A stretch of 64,000 bases of DNA from Lysobacterales bacterium (GTDB taxonomy: Bacteria; Pseudomonadota; Gammaproteobacteria; Xanthomonadales; SZUA-5): positions 32,001-96,000 of the forward strand of contig JALHMH010000008.1 of assembly GCA_022844165.1 (NCBI GenBank). Reading direction: 5' to 3'. Both the position numbers and the translations under genes were made by a program. Numbering within the stretch: the first letter of the stretch is position 1; each line of letters opens with the position of its first letter. The notes below the pieces were generated by a model. That model did no database searches and was not told the DNA's origin. It saw only the letters and a program-made list of their open reading frames with translations. Below, one piece after another: positions 50,858-58,814 of this stretch.

Positions 50858-51412
50858 TCAAGGTGCTTCGACCCCTTGCGCGATGCGTGCCAGGGCGCGA
50901 TTGACACGCATTCGAACAGCATCCGGTGTGTCGTCCAGCTCGGACGCGATTTCGTGAAAACTCATGCCGAACTCGAAGCGCATCAAGACCAGATTGCGCA
51001 AATCGGCGGGCAGCGATTGCAGTGTTTGTTCATAGGCCAGCCAATCGTCGAGCGCTACCGTATCGGCGGGCAAGATCGCATGCGCCGCATCAAAGCCGAT
51101 GTGGTCGATCGGCGCGCGGCCATGGCGTCGCAGCGCTTCTCGCAGCGCGTTGATCAGAACCGTGCGTAGGTAGGCGAAGAAGTCGCCGGGGCCGGTGGTT
51201 GAGATTCCGTCCAGTTTGTCGAGTACTTTGAGCCAGGTGAGCTGCACCAGATCCGACGTATCTTGTTCGTGGCGCAGCAGCTGTGGCACCCGGCCATGCG
51301 CAAAGCGCTGCAACAGAGGTTCAATACGGGCCACCAGAAGTGCGCGGGCGCTGGTATCGCCGCTGCGCATCCGACCGAGCAGGAACTGGGTTGTGTGGGT
51401 GGCGTTGTTCAT
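50858..51412 (-). CDS. ECF RNA polymerase sigma factor of the type usually linked to a Ser/Thr kinase
   Basis: GD..AR..L..R..P.L.R.AHGR, DTSDLVQ, F.AYLR and region-4 HTH motifs; ATGA coupling to the DUF2062 gene. Confidence 0.85.
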   Translation of the reverse strand: MNNATHTTQFLLGRMRSGDTSARALLVARIEPLLQRFAHGRVPQLLRHEQDTSDLVQLTWLKVLDKLDGISTTGPGDFFAYLRTVLINALREALRRHGRAPIDHIGFDAAHAILPADTVALDDWLAYEQTLQSLPADLRNLVLMRFEFGMSFHEIASELDDTPDAVRMRVNRALARIAQGVEAP

Positions 51413-51978
51413 CGGTCTGCGTTGCCACGGCGGTGCCTGGCCTTGCTCACGGCGGCAGCCAGCTGGGAGGCTTCCCAGGCAAGAAACCGCCAGGCCAGAT
51501 CGCTGAGGAGGGCAGCGACCAGGCCCACCAGCACCCCACCGATCATCAGCGCGTTGGCGTAAAACATGGCCGTTGGCCACTCGGTCCCGATGTTCAGAGC
51601 GCTCATGAGAGACGCACCGGTCCAGCCGGTAAATGCGTACACAGGTACGATCGTCAGTGGGTTGGTGACGAACTGCAGGGCTACCATGACCGTTACGTTG
51701 GCGCGCAATCCTAACGCGACAACGAATGCAATGAAGAATTGCACGCCATACAGCGGCAGCAGCGAAATAACCCATCCGGCGTAGAGCGCAGGCACGATCT
51801 GCGCGCGCTTGAACGACCAAAGATACGGGCGCGCTCGTGCGGCGTCGCCGAACCAGCGGATGACCGGGTAGCGATGCGCGTTGTCGCGCCTGGGCAGATG
51901 CTTGAGCAGACGGCGCAAACGCGCGCGGCGCCGATTTCGGCGCTGCGTCAGCGAATCGAGATCATCGTTGTCAGACAT
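51409..51978 (-). CDS. DUF2062 domain membrane protein
   Basis: LWSF.R, LP..G.Q and RAN......FVTNPLT motifs. Confidence 0.85.
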   Translation of the reverse strand: MSDNDDLDSLTQRRNRRRARLRRLLKHLPRRDNAHRYPVIRWFGDAARARPYLWSFKRAQIVPALYAGWVISLLPLYGVQFFIAFVVALGLRANVTVMVALQFVTNPLTIVPVYAFTGWTGASLMSALNIGTEWPTAMFYANALMIGGVLVGLVAALLSDLAWRFLAWEASQLAAAVSKARHRRGNADR

Positions 51979-52357
51979 ACTGGATCAAGTCCCATCGATT
52001 ACCGTACAAATCCTCAAACACGGCAACCACGCCGTAGCTCTTTGTGTCCGGGCCGCGCACAAAGTGCACGCCGTGACTCTGCAGGCGCGAGAACTCTCGG
52101 TAGAAGTCGGTCGTTTCAAGAAACAAGAACACACGTCCGCCGCACTGATCGCCGACGAACCGCGCCTGCTCTTCGGTTGTCGCGCGTGCCAACACCAACG
52201 CAGCGCCGCCGCCGCGTGGGCCAACACGAACGAAACGTTTGTTCTGTTCCGGGACGGCGCGATCCTCGATCAATTCGAAGTCCATCGTATGACAGAAAAA
52301 TTCAATTGCCTCGTCGTAGTCGCGGACCATCAGCGCCACATGCGCCAGTTTGTTCAT
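51971..52357 (-). CDS. VOC (glyoxalase-like) family protein
   Basis: VRDYDEAI.F, GGRVFLFL.T and FEDLYGNRWDL motifs. Confidence 0.9.
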   Translation of the reverse strand: MNKLAHVALMVRDYDEAIEFFCHTMDFELIEDRAVPEQNKRFVRVGPRGGGAALVLARATTEEQARFVGDQCGGRVFLFLETTDFYREFSRLQSHGVHFVRGPDTKSYGVVAVFEDLYGNRWDLIQYV

Positions 52358-52854
52358 CGAGAGTCTCCGCGAAGTGCAGCCAGCCAGGCCGACTGCTTGC
52401 GTGCGAAGGTCCAACTGGCGTTGGCCGGGCTGGTCGATGGCAGTTTCAATACTTGAAGGTCTGGGCGCTGGGCCGCAATCGGGGCAAACCAATAGGCAGC
52501 TGTTGCCCCGTTCAACAGAATACGGCGAAGATTGTGATGCTCTTGGAGGAACGGTCCAAGCGGATTGATCACTGCGCTCGACCTGTCGATTTTGCTGTCG
52601 AGGCTTCCCAGGCGTCGACATTGTGCGAGCACGTCCCATAAGGCAATGCCATGTGCGACCAATGCGGCGCAGCGTTCGCTATAGGGTGCTGCGGCGGCAA
52701 CGCCCGTGACTGTCGATGCGATCGACCAGAAGACATTGCGTGGGTGTGCATAGTACTGGCCCGCGGTCAGCGAAGCTGCGCCCGGCATCGAACCGAGCAC
52801 AAGGAGGTTCGCGGAAACATGCGACAGCGGCAAGAAAGACTGTATTGCGGACAT
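52354..52854 (-). CDS. DNA-deoxyinosine glycosylase (UDG superfamily)
   Basis: LGSMPG..SL...YYAHPRN.FW, GSLDS and LPSTSPAN motifs. Confidence 0.9.
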   Translation of the reverse strand: MSAIQSFLPLSHVSANLLVLGSMPGAASLTAGQYYAHPRNVFWSIASTVTGVAAAAPYSERCAALVAHGIALWDVLAQCRRLGSLDSKIDRSSAVINPLGPFLQEHHNLRRILLNGATAAYWFAPIAAQRPDLQVLKLPSTSPANASWTFARKQSAWLAALRGDSR

Positions 52855-52959
52855 GCTCGCCAAAGTCCGAATTCTGTCAAAAGGGCATGGACCGAAGTGT
52901 CGCTGGACACAAGGGTTTTCTGCAAGCGGCCTTTTTGATTTGGACGGGCGGAAGCGGGT

Positions 52960-53451
52960 TCAGTGGACCTTATGTAACGCGTCGAGAAGTACAGCGCAAG
53001 CGGTGCCCGCAGCCGCCGCCCACAACAGCGGACTGCCCAGCAATCCGACCCCCGGTAGTAGTGTCAGAGCGTCTGAAGTGCGCAGAGAATCCACGAGTAT
53101 CGGACCCGCAAAGACAGCCAGGCAAACCGTGGCGACAGCACCAGCAACACGGGTCACCCAGCGCTCGATATGCTCGTCGACTTGCGCATCGCGCACCGCG
53201 CGCGCAACTGCGGCTGCAAAATCGTCCGGCGGTTCGGAGCGCGGCATTTGTGTGAGTGCGTGAAACAAGAGACGGTACTCGCCGATCGTGTTGGTATCGG
53301 TGCAACCGCCACTGGATGCGGTTGGGGACAACGGATCAGGCTGTTGATCGCCAGGCAAAGCGCATCGCCCTGACGCATATCTGCGTAACAGCTCCAGTGC
53401 CCTTTCCTGTGCCAACCACTCGTTCTGATTCGGCTGCGATGGCTCGTTCAT
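52960..53451 (-). CDS. putative membrane anti-sigma factor
   Basis: Coupled directly downstream of an ECF sigma; PPDDFAAAV motif followed by two TM helices. Confidence 0.65.
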   Translation of the reverse strand: MNEPSQPNQNEWLAQERALELLRRYASGRCALPGDQQPDPLSPTASSGGCTDTNTIGEYRLLFHALTQMPRSEPPDDFAAAVARAVRDAQVDEHIERWVTRVAGAVATVCLAVFAGPILVDSLRTSDALTLLPGVGLLGSPLLWAAAAGTACAVLLDALHKVH

Positions 53452-54017
53452 GCGACTACTCCAATGGCCTGCTCCAGACACGCGCGCAATCGTTTGCGCG
53501 CGCGAAACAGGCTGTTCTTGACCGTTCCTTCGGGTAATCCCGTCATTTGGCTGATCTCGCCGATTCCCAACTCGTCGAAATGATAAAGACTGATCAGCGT
53601 TCGCTGCACGGGAGGTAGCGCTTCGACCGCGGCGGAAACGGCGGCGCCGAGCTCCGCATCGGCATAAGCATCGGCGAAGTCGAAGTCGTCGGCAATTCGC
53701 GTCAGCGGATCCTCCGACGAACTGTCTATGCGATGATCGTCGTTGACAGGCAGCTGTTTTCGTTGCAAATGGCGGGTCGCCAGCGAGAATGCGATACGCC
53801 CGATCCAGGTCGCCAGCGAGCTGTCGTACCTGAACTGCGACAGCTTTTGGTACACGCGAACGAAGACCTCCTGGCTGAGTTCGCGCGTGTCCTCCGGGTG
53901 CCGCACCATACGCTCGACCACATGCCAGACCAGCCGCTGGTGTTGCCGCACCAAACGATCGAACGCACCCGGGGCATATGCCAGTGCTGCTTCCACCAGA
54001 GTGCGGTCATCGTTCAT
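53448..54017 (-). CDS. ECF sigma-70 family RNA polymerase sigma factor (SigW/RpoE-like)
   Basis: ELSQEVF..F..SSL.TW..RIA and EIS....PEGTVKNSLFRAR motifs. True start is 54017; the 516-aa ORF in the track is over-extended. Confidence 0.92.
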   Translation of the reverse strand: MNDDRTLVEAALAYAPGAFDRLVRQHQRLVWHVVERMVRHPEDTRELSQEVFVRVYQKLSQFRYDSSLATWIGRIAFSLATRHLQRKQLPVNDDHRIDSSSEDPLTRIADDFDFADAYADAELGAAVSAAVEALPPVQRTLISLYHFDELGIGEISQMTGLPEGTVKNSLFRARKRLRACLEQAIGVVA

Positions 54018-54026
54018 GGAAAGATG

Positions 54027-54053
54027 GATACCACGACCGCATCTTCGGTTGCA
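54027..54053 (-). promoter_or_regulatory. putative autoregulatory ECF promoter (TGCAAC-N15-GGTATC)
   Basis: Same motif and spacing as the divergent plus-strand copy; the -10 ends 9 nt before the sigma ATG. Confidence 0.65.
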
Positions 54054-54102
54054 GTGCCGCCGCGAGTGAGCGTCATGCCGTGGGCGCTTTTTTGGTACCG
54101 CA

Positions 54103-54129
54103 TGCAACCGTAGCCACCTTCCCCGTATC
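54103..54129 (+). promoter_or_regulatory. putative ECF promoter (TGCAAC-N15-CGTATC) for the divergent gene
   Basis: Mirror copy of the motif at 54027-54053; resembles the SigW-type TGAAAC..CGTA consensus. Confidence 0.65.
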
Positions 54130-54170
54130 TGTCGGATGCAACGGGCAATTCGACCCGAGCCACGAGGAGC

Positions 54171-54500
54171 ATGGTTGTGAACCTGGAATTTTTGATCCCG
54201 ATCGTTTTGTTCGTTTGTATCGCAGCGGCCGTCAAGTTCGTGATGGACGGCCGGGTGCGGCAACGATTGGCGCAGTCCGGCACATCGGAAGATCTGGTGC
54301 GAATGATGCTGGCGGCCGACGAAGTGAATCGTAAAGTGTCTTCTCTCAAATGGGGACTGGTGCTGGTTCTGATCGGAATCGCCTTTGGCATCATCGATAT
54401 CGCAAACCTCGACGGCAACGATCCCGCCACCTTCGGCATCGTGATCGGCGCTGCCGGACTGGGTATGCTCGGATTTCATGCGCTGGCCAATCGCAAGTGA
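54171..54500 (+). CDS. small 3-TM membrane protein (DUF6249-like)
   Basis: GAGGAG RBS; N-terminal TM, short cytoplasmic helix, then SSLKWGLVL..G and two further TM segments. Confidence 0.75.
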   Translation: MVVNLEFLIPIVLFVCIAAAVKFVMDGRVRQRLAQSGTSEDLVRMMLAADEVNRKVSSLKWGLVLVLIGIAFGIIDIANLDGNDPATFGIVIGAAGLGMLGFHALANRK

Positions 54501-54539
54501 CGAGGGAACGATCTTGAACGACTGCCGTTCAAATCGTCC

Positions 54540-55232
54540 ATGAGCGCGCCAGCAGGGGATGCCTGCGGAAATTCGCGATCCGTGACGAGCAACCAGGATG
54601 GCGTGCATCCGCGCTTGTTTGACGTGGTATCCCGCCATCGGAGGCATCAAGATCGGACGCCGATTCACCCGCGCGATGCGGCCGTGGTCGATCAGTGGTT
54701 GCAGTTTTCCAGCCCTTTTTCGGCCACGGCCTTCGATGCTGGCTGCGGCACCGGTGAGAGTACGTTGCAACTGGCGCAACGCCGGCCAGACCGGGCGGTG
54801 CTGGGTGTCGATCAATCGGCGCATCGTTTGTCGCGCATCGGGCGCCATGCGATGCGCAACGCGCTGCTGATTCGCGCCGATTGTTCGGGCGTATGGCGCG
54901 CGATGGAGCGGCGCGATGTCACAGTCGATGAGTTGTATCTGCTGTATCCCAACCCTTGGCCGAAAGCGCATCACTTGTTGCGGCGTTGGCATGCGCATCC
55001 GGTGTTCCCGGCGTTAGTAAAAAGCGCGCGAGTTATCGAGTTGCGGACCAACTGGCTGATCTATGCGGAGGAATTTGCCGCCGCGCTGGGGGTTTTTGGC
55101 ATCGATGTCACGGTTGAGCCATACCTGGCGCAAGAGCCCATCAGCCCTTTCGAACGCAAATACCGCGACTCGCACCATCCGCTCTGGCGTCTAAAATCGA
55201 AGGAAGCCGCCTTGTCGCGAACAGGCGTATAG
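54540..55232 (+). CDS. TrmB-like SAM-dependent methyltransferase
   Basis: DAGCGTGES SAM motif; LYPNPWPK..H..RR (TrmB-like with Asp to Asn); ELRTNW..YA; SPFERKY. Confidence 0.8.
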   Translation: MSAPAGDACGNSRSVTSNQDGVHPRLFDVVSRHRRHQDRTPIHPRDAAVVDQWLQFSSPFSATAFDAGCGTGESTLQLAQRRPDRAVLGVDQSAHRLSRIGRHAMRNALLIRADCSGVWRAMERRDVTVDELYLLYPNPWPKAHHLLRRWHAHPVFPALVKSARVIELRTNWLIYAEEFAAALGVFGIDVTVEPYLAQEPISPFERKYRDSHHPLWRLKSKEAALSRTGV

Positions 55233-55262
55233 ACGTCTAAACGTCTAGCGGTTTAGAATGCT
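55223..55262 (+). promoter_or_regulatory. tandem Met boxes (MetJ-type operator) overlapping a sigma70 promoter of metB
   Basis: Consecutive 8-mers AGGCGTAT (6/8), AGACGTCT (8/8), AAACGTCT (7/8), AGCGGTTT (5/8) and AGAATGCT (5/8). -35 TAGACG at 55230 and -10 TAGAAT at 55254, 18-nt spacer. Confidence 0.8.
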
Positions 55263-55289
55263 TTCATCGATCGCCATGACGAGGGCAGC

Positions 55290-56474
55290 ATGAGCAACAC
55301 TTCCACCACCACCAAAGCGGTTCGCGCCGGGATCGATACCGATCGTGGTCACGGCGCAATCGTGCCGCCACTGGTGTTATCCAGCAACTTCTCGTTCGCG
55401 GGATTTGCGCAGCCGCGCCGCTACGACTACACACGCTCCGGCAATCCAACGCGCGACACTCTGGCCGACGCTTTGGCGGAGCTGGAGGGTGGCTGCGGCG
55501 CGGTGGTCACGGCGACCGGGATGGCCGCGATAACGTTGGCGCTGCAGTTGGTGCCTGAGGGTGGTCATCTGGTCGCGCCGCACGACTGTTATGGAGGAAC
55601 CTGGCGGCTGTTCGATACTCTGGCGAACCGCGGGCGCTTTCGGCTCACGCTGGTCGATCAAGGCAATACCGCTGCGGTTGTGGCAGCGCTGGCAGACGGC
55701 GCCGATTTGTTTTGGATCGAAACCCCAAGCAATCCGCTCTTGCGCGTTGTCGATATCGCGGCCTTGGCCGCTGCTGCCAAGGCTCATGGCACCATTGTTC
55801 TGGTCGACAACACTTTCTTATCCCCGGTTTGGCAACAGCCTTTGCAATTCGGCGCTGATCTGGTTTTGCATTCGACCACCAAATACTTGAATGGTCATAG
55901 CGACGTTGTCGGCGGCGCTATCGTCGCCGCAGGGCCAGAGCATCTGGAGACGCTCAAGTGGTGGAATAACTGCATGGGCCTGGCGGGTGCACCTTTCGAC
56001 AGTTACCTGACACTGCGCGGTCTGCGTACGCTGTCGGCGCGGCTCCGGGTGCATGGCGAGAATGCGCAAGTGCTGGCGGAACTACTGGCCGCACATCCGG
56101 TCGTCGAGCACGTGCATTTTCCGGGCCTGACCGAGCATCCGCAGCACGATCTCGCGGCGCGCCAGCAGCGCGGTTTCGGCGCGATGATCAGCTTTGAGGT
56201 CGCCGGTGGTGAGCCCTCTGTTCGAGCACTGATTGATGGCCTGAGGCACTTCTCGCTTGCCGAATCCTTGGGCGGTGTCGAGAGCCTGATCGCACATCCG
56301 GCGACGATGACGCATGCCTCCATGACGCCAGAAGCGCGCCAGGTTGCAGGCATCTCCGATCGGTTGTTGCGCCTGAGTGTTGGCATCGAGGAGGTGGGGG
56401 ATCTTGCCCACGACCTGCGCCAGGCCCTGGACCGTGCCGCTGCGGCCCGGCCTGGGCTGAGGCGGGCCGCGTAA
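55290..56474 (+). CDS. metB: cystathionine gamma-synthase / O-succinylhomoserine (thiol)-lyase
   Basis: YDYTRSGNPTR, ETPSNP, VDNTF, HSTTKYLNGHSDV and LAESLGGVESL motifs. Confidence 0.93.
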   Translation: MSNTSTTTKAVRAGIDTDRGHGAIVPPLVLSSNFSFAGFAQPRRYDYTRSGNPTRDTLADALAELEGGCGAVVTATGMAAITLALQLVPEGGHLVAPHDCYGGTWRLFDTLANRGRFRLTLVDQGNTAAVVAALADGADLFWIETPSNPLLRVVDIAALAAAAKAHGTIVLVDNTFLSPVWQQPLQFGADLVLHSTTKYLNGHSDVVGGAIVAAGPEHLETLKWWNNCMGLAGAPFDSYLTLRGLRTLSARLRVHGENAQVLAELLAAHPVVEHVHFPGLTEHPQHDLAARQQRGFGAMISFEVAGGEPSVRALIDGLRHFSLAESLGGVESLIAHPATMTHASMTPEARQVAGISDRLLRLSVGIEEVGDLAHDLRQALDRAAAARPGLRRAA

Positions 56475-56628
56475 GCCAGTGCGATTCCGGAGCAGCGCTT
56501 TGAACGCGCACCGCACAGGCTGGCGAACGGAATCCGCGTTCAGTGTCGGCGAGCGCTGACAGCGAGCGGCTTGCGGCAATATTTTTGGCCGGGCTCGCGG
56601 AGAATATGCCTGTCGGCGATTCGTGCGG

Positions 56629-56730
56629 ACCGAGATCGCGCACTCGCGCAAGCACGATCTGGGATTGGCGCAGTTGCTCAACGGCGAAACTTCACATATG
56701 AACCGGGTCAGCCCCCGGTTTTGAGCGACC
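56629..56730 (+). pseudogene. decayed fragment homologous to the 3' part of the serine hydrolase gene (59817-59918)
   Basis: Ungapped 102-nt alignment with 16 mismatches (hand count); TEIAHSRKHDLGLAQLLNGETSHMNRVSPRF* versus TEIAYSRKHDLGLALLLNGETLHINRISTWFW. Confidence 0.85.
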
Positions 56731-56887
56731 GCGCAGCCGTCATTGACCTGATACTTCGCATTGAGCTCGATCAACAACCCGTCACGGTCGATGGATCGGT
56801 CGAAGTCCTCGCAGGGCGTCTCTCCCTTGCCATCGCAGGCCGGGCCGATGATCCGCACCACGACCAATGGCAACTAAAGGCACTGCG

Positions 56888-57676
56888 TCATCGCGCCGTG
56901 TGATGCTGCACCCACCATTGCCCGGCGGTGCGCACAACGAATGCGCGCCCGTTCGGTTCACCTGACGAGACCTCGCCATGGAACAAGACTTCAGCACCAT
57001 CACCGTCGATGCGTACGCGGTCGACGACTGCATTGCTCATGGCGAACGGGCGCCACAGCCTGAAATTCTCCCGATGCTCGGCGATCTTGTCAGCACTGCG
57101 TGGATCCTGATAGCCGGGTGGAAGAGAGAGTTTCCTGGCCAGATCGTAGTCGCCATTGGAGCGTGCCTTCAGCAGCGCCAGCAGAGCCTCGGCGGGCGCC
57201 GAATCGTTGGCGGCGGGCGACCCGGGAGTAGAGAGTGTGTCGCTGATCGGAACATCAATGACGAGATCGGATTGGGCATAGCGCCAAGTCGCCTGGACTC
57301 TGCCGGTATCGACAGATGCGGATAAGCGCCATCCGCCAATCGGGTTTCGGTCGTCTTCCATATCCGGCGTGCCAGCACTATCGAAGGCGCGAAATTCGCC
57401 ATCAGGATGCAGCTCGAAAATCGCAGTTGCGTATGAATGCCGCGCCTGATGTTCGTCGCGAATCACTCTCTTATTGACGATGCCGGCGTCGGCAATCGCG
57501 AAGCGATCGAAGCGATAGTCGCTGATCGCTACGTACAGCCGTTTCTCCTCGCGCCAGGCAATGGCATCCACCACGTCCCAATGGCGACCTGCATCGAAAA
57601 ACGTCCCAGTGACGGAACCTGATTGGGCCAGCGCAGATGTTGCGATGGCGAACAGAACGACTGCGATCCGGAACAT
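56888..57676 (-). CDS. exported hypothetical protein
   Basis: GGAG RBS; signal peptide ending ALA-Q; NTF2-like C-terminus (P.EA....GDY..A..DGDGAEV..GQWW). Confidence 0.7.
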   Translation of the reverse strand: MFRIAVVLFAIATSALAQSGSVTGTFFDAGRHWDVVDAIAWREEKRLYVAISDYRFDRFAIADAGIVNKRVIRDEHQARHSYATAIFELHPDGEFRAFDSAGTPDMEDDRNPIGGWRLSASVDTGRVQATWRYAQSDLVIDVPISDTLSTPGSPAANDSAPAEALLALLKARSNGDYDLARKLSLPPGYQDPRSADKIAEHRENFRLWRPFAMSNAVVDRVRIDGDGAEVLFHGEVSSGEPNGRAFVVRTAGQWWVQHHTAR

Positions 57677-57758
57677 GCCTGACTCCCGCTCAAGTGATGT
57701 ACTCAAATCACCTACGCATGATCGCAGCAAACCGGGTCACCAAGTCGCCAGCCGCGGG

Positions 57759-58679
57759 TTAGGCTGCCTGAGCGCTGGTGCGAACGAAATCCACGATCAC
57801 CTGCGCCAATTCCTCGCCACAATCTTCCTGCAGAAAATGGCCACCGCCAATGAGCGTGGTATGGCGCTGCTGATTGCAGCCCGGGATCAGCTTCTGCAGA
57901 ACAGCATCGGCGCCGCGTGTGATCGGATCGCCGTCGCTGAACGCAGTGAGAAAGGGTTTGTCGAATCGCATCAGCTGCGCCCACGCCTGGCGATTGGGCT
58001 CCGCGGCCGGGTCATCGGGACTTGCAGGCACGAGTGTCGGAAACGCGCGTGCACCGGCCTTGAAACGTTCGTCGGGGAACGGCGCATCGTAGGCGGCCTG
58101 TTCTGCCGCGGTCAGCGATTTGACGGTGCCCCTGGCGATGATTTGTCCTGTTGGGAACACCGGTACGGTTTGCGAGAACTCGCGCCACGCCAGGAAAGCT
58201 GCGCCGGGTTTGCTGTCGCCGGTTGGCAGGAACGTATTCGCGGCGACCACGCGCGCAAAGCGTTCGGGCATGGCTGCGACCAGGCGCAGCCCAAGCAGGC
58301 CGCCCCAATCCTGGCAAACCAGTGTGATGGAATTCAGATTGAGCGTGCAGACAAAGTGTGTGAGCCAGTCGACATGTCGTTGGTAGCTGTAATCGCTGCG
58401 CTCAGCGGGTTTGTCGGAGCGACCAAATCCCACGAGATCCGGCGCGATGACCCGGTGACCCGCAGCCGCAACGATGGGAATCATCTTGCGATACAGATAC
58501 GACCAACTAGGTTCGCCGTGCAGCATCAACACCGGTGCGGCGGCGGGCGGTCCCTCGTCCACATAGTGCATGCGCAGAGTTTGTTCGCCTTCGCCGGCCT
58601 GGATGTGGACAAAGTTCGGCGCGAAGGGAAACCCAGGCAGTTCGGAGAAGCAGACATCTGGCGTACGTAGCACTTGCAT
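57759..58679 (-). CDS. haloalkane dehalogenase (HLD-I/DhlA-like)
   Basis: HGEPSWSYLY, DLVGFGRSDKP, nucleophile QDWGG, YDAPFP, SDGDP and GHFLQED motifs. Confidence 0.92.
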   Translation of the reverse strand: MQVLRTPDVCFSELPGFPFAPNFVHIQAGEGEQTLRMHYVDEGPPAAAPVLMLHGEPSWSYLYRKMIPIVAAAGHRVIAPDLVGFGRSDKPAERSDYSYQRHVDWLTHFVCTLNLNSITLVCQDWGGLLGLRLVAAMPERFARVVAANTFLPTGDSKPGAAFLAWREFSQTVPVFPTGQIIARGTVKSLTAAEQAAYDAPFPDERFKAGARAFPTLVPASPDDPAAEPNRQAWAQLMRFDKPFLTAFSDGDPITRGADAVLQKLIPGCNQQRHTTLIGGGHFLQEDCGEELAQVIVDFVRTSAQAA

Positions 58680-58814
58680 GGCGGGATCCTTCGACGGTGC
58701 GGCATCGGTGGGCGGATCATCGCTGCTTTCCTGATATCAGAGTACTTGGGCACCAGGGTACTTTGCGGCTCACCAGCCGCGTATTGTGGCAACAACTTTG
58801 TAGCCATTCTTTCT

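Noticed and set aside
51413-51820. N-terminal extension of the second ECF sigma
   Set aside because: Lies out of frame inside the DUF2062 gene; ATGA coupling supports a start at 51412.
54018-54998. Long N-terminal extension of the ECF sigma (516-aa ORF)
   Set aside because: It overlaps two convincing plus-strand genes; the sigma domain and its promoter point to ATG 54017.
56571-56903. 110-aa plus-strand ORF
   Set aside because: No RBS or motif, and it runs across the hydrolase remnant in a different frame.
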